From positions 1 through 15,838 of the forward strand of contig JBHIAC010000075.1 of assembly GCA_046758365.1 (NCBI GenBank): 15,838 nucleotides of DNA. The letters run 5' to 3'. This document shows positions 9,282 through 15,414 of this stretch, piece by piece; position 1 is the stretch's first letter; each line of letters starts with the position of its first letter. This DNA is from a bacterium. GTDB lineage: Bacteria; Zhuqueibacterota; Zhuqueibacteria; Oceanimicrobiales; Oceanimicrobiaceae. The notes under the pieces were generated by a model. The model ran no database searches. It worked only from the letters and a program-made list of their open reading frames with translations, and had not been told where the DNA came from. A program made the translations under genes and the position numbers.

Positions 9282-11897
9282 ATGATAGGTAAAACAGTTT
9301 CTCATTACCATATTTTAGAAAAACTCGGCGAAGGTGGTATGGGTGTCGTCTACAAAGCTGAGGACACTAAGCTGAAGCGTACAGTCGCTTTAAAATTTCT
9401 CAGCCCACAGGTTTTGGGCAGCGAAGAAGAAAAGACTCGTTTTCTGTATGAGGCTCAGGCTGCCGCGGCTTTAAACCACCCGAACATCTGCACCATCTAC
9501 GAAATCAATGAAGCCGAAGGACAATCCTTCATTGCCATGGAATACATAGAAGGTCAAAGCTTGAAAGAAAAAGTCGAATCAGGAACCCTTACGTTGGAGG
9601 AAGCTTTTAACTTTGCCATTCAGGTTGTGGAGGCTCTACAGGAGGCGCATGAGAAAGGCATCATGCATCGGGATATCAAAAGCGCCAACATCATGGTGAT
9701 CCCGACCCGTCGGAATCAGGCGAAGATTATGGATTTTGGGTTGGCCAAATTAACTGGCCGTACACAGCTTACCAAAATCGGAACAACCTTGGGCACAGTA
9801 GCTTACATGTCACCAGAACAAGCACGTGGGGAAGGCGTAGATAATCGCACAGACATCTGGTCACTCGGCGTTGTACTGTATGAAATGCTAACAGGGGAAT
9901 TGCCTTTCAAAGGTGATTTCGAGTATGCGGTGGTCTATTCCATTTTAAATGAAGATCCGAAAACCATTTCAGATTTGCGAGCTGACCTTCCATTGGAGTT
10001 TGAGGGGATTGTGAACAAATGCCTGGAAAAGGAACCAAGTAAGCGCTATCAGACCGTGTCTGAACTGCGGGCCGACCTCCTGCGTGTGATGAGCGTAATG
10101 GGTTGGGTACCATCAGCCACAACCAGTCCAATGGTTCCTGCACCATCTCCTCGCCTGCGGCTTAATCGTAGACTTACGGTCGCGCTTGCCGGGGTGATCA
10201 TGGGGCTGCTGCTGTTATTGCTGATTCCCACAGGCTGGCATGCCGTGGAGAAATGGCTAGGTTCTGAGGGCGTACCCAACCAAAAGCACCTGCTCGTGAT
10301 TCCTTTTACCAACATAGGGGATGACCCAACCAACCAAGCTTTTTGTGACGGTATGGTGGAGACTCTGACTAGTAAAGTCACCCAACTAGAACAGTTTCAA
10401 GGCTCTCTATGGGTTGTACCCACTAGTGAGGTGCGTAAGCGCGGTATCGCCAGCGCCAGCGAAGCTCAGCGCGCGTTTGGAGTTAATCTGGTGGTTACTG
10501 GAAGCGTGCAACGTATTGGTGATAGGTTCCGATTGACTTTGAATCTTGTTGATGCTAAGACTTTACGACAGTTGAGTTCTTCGGTGATTGACGACTACAT
10601 GACAAATGTCTCGATTTTGCAAGACGGTGTCGTTATAAAACTGACGGAGATGTTGGACGTGGAGGTGCAACCGCAAACGCGACGCGTATTAACTGCGGGA
10701 GGTACCACGGTACCGGGAGCCTACGAATTCTACTTACAAGGTCGTGGGTATCTGCAACGATACGAGAAAGTGGAAAACCTTGACACCGCCATTAGCTTAT
10801 TTGAGCAATCTATTGAGCAAGATACCCTCTACGCGTTGGCCTACACAGGATTGGGAGAAGCCTACTGGCGTAAGTACGAACTTACGAAAAACCCTAAATG
10901 GGTTGAAAAAGCTCAATCATCTTGTAACCGTGCTATTCAAATTAATGAGCATCTGGCCCCTGTGCATGTTACTCTCGGCATCATTCACAATGGAACCGGT
11001 CGATATGAAGACGCCCTTCAGGAATTTCAGCGAGCTTCACAAATTGATCCAGTAAACTCTGATGCCTACCGAGGAATGGCCAGAACATATGAAGCGCTTG
11101 GAAAGCTCGTAAAAGCAGAAGCAACTTACAAAAAAGCCATTGGATTAAGACCAACTTACTGGGCGGGATACAATCATCTGGGTGGTTTTTATTACAGGCA
11201 AGGCCGTTATGCCGAGGCAGAGAAGATGTTTCGCCAGGTGACAGAATTAACACCAGACAATGCGCGAGGTTATTACAATCGGGGAGCCATGTACTATTTA
11301 ATGGGGCAGTATGAGTTGGCAGCGGCTTTGTTCGAAAAATCTATCGCCATAAAACCTACAGCGCAGGCCTATTCCAATCTGGGTACGACCTACTTTATGC
11401 TGGCCCGTTATGTCGATGCCGTGCCCATGTATAAAAAGGCAATCAACTTGGGAGAGAATCATTATACTATTTGGGGTAATTTAGCTGATTCTTATCGCTA
11501 CACGCCAGAATATTCAGACAAGGCCCGAGAAACTTATCAACATGCTGTTCAATTAGCTGAAAAACAACTGGTGATTAATCCAAATGATGCCCGGCTCCGT
11601 TCCAGTTTAGCCGTTTATTACGCAAACTTGGGAAACCATAAAAAGGCACTGGATGAAATCGCCAGAGCTCAACAACTGGCACCCGAGGATGTAACGGTCC
11701 TTTTCAAACGTGTTTTGGTCTTTGAATTTGTCAAGTTGCACGATCAAGCACTCGAAGCCCTCAAGTTAGCGCTGCAACGTGGCTACTCCATTGAAGAGGT
11801 TCGTGGTCACCCCGATCTTTCTGAACTCCGTAAAGATCCTCGTTATCAACGATTGGTTATGAGTGATGGAGCAATTGGATTTGATTCAAAGAAATGA
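9282..11897 (+). CDS. Hanks-type Ser/Thr protein kinase with TM helix, TolB-N-like domain and TPR repeats
   Basis: Complete kinase motifs [74 protein letters not shown]...VVTGSVQR...RLTLNLVDA domain; many TPR units; C-terminal HPDLSELRKDPRY. Confidence 0.95.
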   Translation: MIGKTVSHYHILEKLGEGGMGVVYKAEDTKLKRTVALKFLSPQVLGSEEEKTRFLYEAQAAAALNHPNICTIYEINEAEGQSFIAMEYIEGQSLKEKVESGTLTLEEAFNFAIQVVEALQEAHEKGIMHRDIKSANIMVIPTRRNQAKIMDFGLAKLTGRTQLTKIGTTLGTVAYMSPEQARGEGVDNRTDIWSLGVVLYEMLTGELPFKGDFEYAVVYSILNEDPKTISDLRADLPLEFEGIVNKCLEKEPSKRYQTVSELRADLLRVMSVMGWVPSATTSPMVPAPSPRLRLNRRLTVALAGVIMGLLLLLLIPTGWHAVEKWLGSEGVPNQKHLLVIPFTNIGDDPTNQAFCDGMVETLTSKVTQLEQFQGSLWVVPTSEVRKRGIASASEAQRAFGVNLVVTGSVQRIGDRFRLTLNLVDAKTLRQLSSSVIDDYMTNVSILQDGVVIKLTEMLDVEVQPQTRRVLTAGGTTVPGAYEFYLQGRGYLQRYEKVENLDTAISLFEQSIEQDTLYALAYTGLGEAYWRKYELTKNPKWVEKAQSSCNRAIQINEHLAPVHVTLGIIHNGTGRYEDALQEFQRASQIDPVNSDAYRGMARTYEALGKLVKAEATYKKAIGLRPTYWAGYNHLGGFYYRQGRYAEAEKMFRQVTELTPDNARGYYNRGAMYYLMGQYELAAALFEKSIAIKPTAQAYSNLGTTYFMLARYVDAVPMYKKAINLGENHYTIWGNLADSYRYTPEYSDKARETYQHAVQLAEKQLVINPNDARLRSSLAVYYANLGNHKKALDEIARAQQLAPEDVTVLFKRVLVFEFVKLHDQALEALKLALQRGYSIEEVRGHPDLSELRKDPRYQRLVMSDGAIGFDSKK

Positions 11898-11997
11898 CAA
11901 AGCAAAATATAGTAAACCATTCAACGCTCAAATCGCTATCGGTCGAAATAAAGGTTAACTTTTGAACTATAAGGAATAAAAGTGAGTTTTAAGTGTG

Positions 11998-12134
11998 CTC
12001 GGGGCGTGGCCGAAAACTCCAGATTTTTGAAATTCACAAATTCTAAATTATTGTTTTTTAATTCAATTCTTTTCTAAAGGACGTAGGACGGATGTCCAAC
12101 GTCCTAAATATCGACTTTTCGGATACAGCTCTAG
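11998..12134 (-). mobile_element. MITE-like element copy E2 (inverted), 107 bp plus a 30-bp insertion
   Basis: The reverse complement aligns without gaps to E3 once 30 bp are removed (76/107 identical by hand count). Shares the CTAG at 12131-12134 with E3. Confidence 0.75.
12078..12105. repeat. REP-like hairpin inserted within E2
   Basis: AGGACGTAGGAC-GGAT-GTCCAACGTCCT: 12-bp stem with one mismatch. CTAAA direct repeats at 12074-12078 and 12104-12108. Confidence 0.8.
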
Positions 12135-12237
12135 AGACGTGGACGGAAAGTAGATTTATAGAAAAAACTCGATCAAAAAAACAATAACTTAGATGTTGTT
12201 AATTCTGCAAATTTGGGGTTTTCGTCCATATCTCTAG
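12131..12237 (+). mobile_element. 107-bp MITE-like element, copy E3
   Basis: CTAGAGACGTGGACGGAAAG ... GTTTTCGTCCATATCTCTAG: CTAG at both ends, terminal inverted repeats, and core AAAAAAACAATAACTTAG. Confidence 0.78.
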
Positions 12238-12257
12238 TCAAAAATTAAATGCAAAAC

Positions 12258-12286
12258 TTGTATTGTTTCCAGGAAAGTAGTATATT
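12258..12286 (+). promoter_or_regulatory. Putative sigma70-type promoter for the 12397 gene
   Basis: TTGTAT (12258-12263), 17-bp spacer, TATATT (12281-12286). Confidence 0.5.
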
Positions 12287-12396
12287 ATTAGAGGAAATTG
12301 GTTCTTTTGTAAAAGTTGGACCGCTTATACTAACCTAATGAGCCGGCCTTTATCGTCAGACCCACTGGTGATAAAGGAAGGGAAAGGAGGGAACGG

Positions 12397-12702
12397 ATGA
12401 ATCATACTATTAAGATTAAGTTGGACGCGAACGGGTCCATTACCTATTCAGATCGCAGGCTTATTATCAAAGCTGGGGATGACATAGAATGGGTTTGTGA
12501 AGGAGGTAAAGCTTTCGCTGTTCATTTTGCGAATCTGACACCTCTTAATAAGGTGCGTTGCCGAAGTGGTAGCGGAAGAAACATCAAAAAGAAAATCAAT
12601 AATCCTGCGCACCCAGGTGTGTATAAATATTTTGTGGCTGTGGTTGATAACAACGATAATATCTGGACCGACGATCCCGAGATTATTGTTGACACTAGTT
12701 AA
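12397..12702 (+). CDS. Small beta-rich hypothetical protein, cupredoxin-like pattern with C-terminal DPEIIV (DP-EP/PixA-like end)
   Basis: Strong RBS AGGAGG at 12385-12390; pattern IKAGDDIEW...FAVHF...PGVYKYFVAV...DDPEIIV; no signal peptide and no type-1 copper Cys/His/Met ligand loop. Confidence 0.75.
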   Translation: MNHTIKIKLDANGSITYSDRRLIIKAGDDIEWVCEGGKAFAVHFANLTPLNKVRCRSGSGRNIKKKINNPAHPGVYKYFVAVVDNNDNIWTDDPEIIVDTS

Positions 12703-13228
12703 GAGCAAGCAACCGTATGAATTTGGATCATCTCGGTCATTCGACCGAACCGAGTGTGTTGTCCATATTTGGTGAAACATAAACAACGGCTTGCCTGTTA
12801 ACCTTCGTATGAATTTTCTGGGTCTTCTCGGCACCCTCGTTGGATAGGATGTCTTAGCCAAGAGGTACGGCACGGAGCTTACCTAGCTGGGTGACCCAAG
12901 GAGGGCTAGTGATATAATCTCCAAACTCACCTGATACGTTTGTGGGCAAGTCGTAAATATTCAGGGGTGCACGGCTGAGGTGCTGACTGCGCTTGAGCAG
13001 ATAAAGTTGGCGAGATAAAACGATTTGGTCTTTACGTTCTCGTTTTACTCCCAGTTAGGTAAATGAAACAAGCGTCCAAATTTGCTACATGCTCTTGATT
13101 GGTAAAAGAAATAATCTGCTTAGCCTCTTCACATAAAGCGTTTGTGTAAAATGTGGTACTCTCATTTTGCTATGATACCAGTATAATCTGCGTGAGATTT
13201 CGGAATTAAATTTATTATAAAAACTTAA

Positions 13229-13633
13229 ATGGAAAAAAAGTTTAAAAGAGATATAAACTCTTTAGACATGATTTTTAATTTTATTGGTGAATATATCACT
13301 AAAACTAAAATTGACCATACAATAACATTTACAATAAATTTTGTTGTTGAAGAGATTTTTACCAATATGGTCAAATATAATTCAGAAAATACAAATGATA
13401 TTTTAATCAGCCTTAATAAAAACGAAAATAATTTGATAATAAGTTTAACGGATTTTGACGTGGAACCATTTGATGTAACAAAATCAGAAGAAGTTAATAT
13501 TAATCAATCCTTAGAAGATCGAAAAGTTGGAGGTCTAGGGCTTCATTTAGTAAAACAAATGGTAGATAAAATAAATTATGAATATAAAAATAGAAAGAGT
13601 AAGATAACATTTATTAAACACTTGGAGAAATAA
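13229..13633 (+). CDS. RsbW/SpoIIAB-like anti-sigma factor / Ser kinase (HATPase_c_2)
   Basis: N-box VEEIFTNMVKY, D---EPFD, G2 box GGLGLHLVKQMVD; 134 aa; adjacent to a STAS gene. Confidence 0.9.
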   Translation: MEKKFKRDINSLDMIFNFIGEYITKTKIDHTITFTINFVVEEIFTNMVKYNSENTNDILISLNKNENNLIISLTDFDVEPFDVTKSEEVNINQSLEDRKVGGLGLHLVKQMVDKINYEYKNRKSKITFIKHLEK

Positions 13634-13634
13634 T

Positions 13635-13919
13635 ATGTTTGACGTCAGAATCAAAGAGAGTGGCGAAGTTCTCCTTTCTGGTAGATTTGATGCCTCACAA
13701 GTCGAAAAGGCAAAAGTCGTATTTAATACGATTAATCAATCCAGTATTGTAAATTTTAAAGATTTAGAATATATTTCTAGTGCTGGATTAGGCGTTTTGC
13801 TTTCGACGCAAAAAAGGTTAGGTGAATCAGGAAATAGTCTAAAATTAATAAACATGAATAAGTATATTAGAGATATTTTTCGATATGCTGGTTTCGACAC
13901 AATATTTGAAATTGAATAA
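13635..13919 (+). CDS. STAS-domain anti-sigma factor antagonist (RsbV/SpoIIAA-like)
   Basis: LSGRFDA, LEYISSAGLGVLL (phosphoacceptor Ser motif), IRDIFRYAGFD-IF. Confidence 0.92.
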   Translation: MFDVRIKESGEVLLSGRFDASQVEKAKVVFNTINQSSIVNFKDLEYISSAGLGVLLSTQKRLGESGNSLKLINMNKYIRDIFRYAGFDTIFEIE

Positions 13920-13934
13920 AATTGTAAAATATAT

Positions 13935-13963
13935 TTGACATTGCTATTGTCTCTGTTTATATT
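13935..13963 (+). promoter_or_regulatory. Sigma70-type promoter upstream of the ECF sigma gene
   Basis: TTGACA (13935-13940), 17-bp spacer, TATATT (13958-13963). Confidence 0.7.
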
Positions 13964-13993
13964 AAAAAATTGTATAAAATTTAAAATTACTTA

Positions 13994-14018
13994 CCAACTT
14001 TTTATCCGTTTAATTGTA
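13994..14018 (+). promoter_or_regulatory. Candidate ECF-type promoter motif, copy 1
   Basis: CCAACTTTT-N11-TTGTA; same boxes and spacing as 15323-15347. Confidence 0.45.
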
Positions 14019-14021
14019 ATT

Positions 14022-14570
14022 ATGACAGAGCAAGATGATTTTAAGCTCGTCAGGGAATGTCTTGAAGGTAATCCTAAAGCCTTTGAATTAATTATAGATA
14101 AATATCAAAAGCCTATCTTTAATATTGCCCTTAGATTGATAAACGATTACGAAGATGCTCAAGATATAACCCAATCGGTTTTTATAAAGGCTTTTGAAAA
14201 CCTTGATACCTTCAATCCCAAATATAAATTTTTCAGTTGGATATATAGAATTGTGGTTAATGAATCAATCAATTTTCTCAATCAAAGAAAGCACCTTGAA
14301 AAATTAGACAAAAATTTTATTTCAAAAGAAAAAACCCCAGAAGAACATTATTATGAAATTGAAATGTGTGAGAGAGTTCAGGATGCATTAATGGATTTAC
14401 AAATATATTATAGAACTGTTATTATACTAAGACATTTTGAAGATCTTTCTTATAGAGAAATTAGCTATATACTTGACACACCTGAAAAAACTGTTAAATC
14501 TAGATTATTTACCGCAAGACAGCTACTGAGAAACATATTATTAAAAAAGGGCATTGTTAAACATGATTGA
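14022..14570 (+). CDS. ECF RNA polymerase sigma factor (sigma-70 family group 4)
   Basis: Region 2 (AFELIIDKY, DAQDITQSVFIKAF, FFSWIYRI--N) and region 4 (LSYREISYIL--PEKTVKSRLFTAR). The ATG at 14022 is preferred because the ORF-track TTG at 13935 is the -35 box. Confidence 0.93.
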   Translation: MTEQDDFKLVRECLEGNPKAFELIIDKYQKPIFNIALRLINDYEDAQDITQSVFIKAFENLDTFNPKYKFFSWIYRIVVNESINFLNQRKHLEKLDKNFISKEKTPEEHYYEIEMCERVQDALMDLQIYYRTVIILRHFEDLSYREISYILDTPEKTVKSRLFTARQLLRNILLKKGIVKHD

Positions 14571-15333
14571 AGAGAAATATATTGAGCTTATAAATAAAGA
14601 AATTGACGGGAAAATATCTCATAGAGAATCTGTCAAACTTAAAGAATATCTCGCAAAAAATCCAGAGGCACAAAATCTTTACAATGACTTCGTTAACATT
14701 TCGGATATATTGAATGAAGTCGAAAAAATAGAACCTTCTTCTATTCTAAAGAAAAATATTTTAAACTCAATTCAGTTGAACAAATATACAAAAATAGAAA
14801 AAAAGAACTTATTACAATCACTTATAAAAGTTAAGGTCAACTACAAATTTGCATATTCTTTTGCAGCCGGCTTAATCGTCGGCCTAATAATGTTTGCTTT
14901 ATTAATAAATAACACATCATTGGATATTGCAAATCTAACTGGTACAGTTATATTAAATGACACTTCTGAACGTTATGAAACTGCAGGAAAGATAGAAATC
15001 AATCTAGAGGGAATAAATGGAACCGTTGCTCTAAAATCTACAAAAAATATTATTCTAGCAGAAATAAAAATTACCACAAAACAGGAAATTGAATTGGCTA
15101 TTGAGTTTGATGAAAATGATATTAGCTTTAATGGTTTTAGACAGCTAACCCCTTTTGTAAGTAACTTAAAAATAAGAGATAATTATTTAAAATTAACAAA
15201 CATAGGTGAAAGTAATTATAATATTATCTTTAAAGATGAAACTCAAACTGTATCACGAATGACATTTAAAATCTACTCCGATACTTTACTCTATGAAAAA
15301 ACTATTTACATTGAAACCAATTCCAACTTTTAA
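14563..15333 (+). CDS. Membrane-bound anti-sigma factor
   Basis: Overlaps the sigma stop codon. N-terminal ASD-like segment (ELINKEIDGKIS--E---LKEYLAKNPEA, zf-HC2-like spacing without Zn ligands), one TM (FAYSFAAGLIVGLIMFALLI) and a beta-rich C-terminal domain. Confidence 0.8.
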   Translation: MIEEKYIELINKEIDGKISHRESVKLKEYLAKNPEAQNLYNDFVNISDILNEVEKIEPSSILKKNILNSIQLNKYTKIEKKNLLQSLIKVKVNYKFAYSFAAGLIVGLIMFALLINNTSLDIANLTGTVILNDTSERYETAGKIEINLEGINGTVALKSTKNIILAEIKITTKQEIELAIEFDENDISFNGFRQLTPFVSNLKIRDNYLKLTNIGESNYNIIFKDETQTVSRMTFKIYSDTLLYEKTIYIETNSNF

Positions 15334-15347
15334 AAATTTGATTTGTA
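15323..15347 (+). promoter_or_regulatory. Candidate ECF-type promoter motif, copy 2
   Basis: CCAACTTTT-N11-TTGTA, about 70 bp upstream of ATG 15415. Confidence 0.5.
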
Positions 15348-15414
15348 TTTAGATTAAAATTGGCGGTAACATAATTAACCACAAAATTTTTTAATAACTT
15401 AATAGGAGGTTATT

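Noticed and set aside
1124..11253. Numerous minus-strand and alternate-frame ORFs of 60-157 aa inside the main genes
   Set aside because: Shadow ORFs of well-supported + strand genes, with no recognisable motifs.
9104..12237. 107-bp elements as integron attC sites
   Set aside because: They lack RYYYAAC...GTTRRRY ends, occur in both orientations, and no integrase is in the window.
12448..12873. 141-aa minus-strand ORF and 69-aa + strand ORF at 12566-12775
   Set aside because: They overlap the RBS-supported 12397 gene and have no recognisable features.
12900..13020. Omega-RNA or group II intron remnant (TACGTT and TTGGCGAG words)
   Set aside because: Only short chance-level matches; no IscB/TnpB/RT ORF and no domain V motif.
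13935..14021. 29-aa N-terminal extension of the ECF sigma
   Set aside because: The TTG is the -35 box of a consensus promoter; sigma-like sequence begins at ATG 14022.
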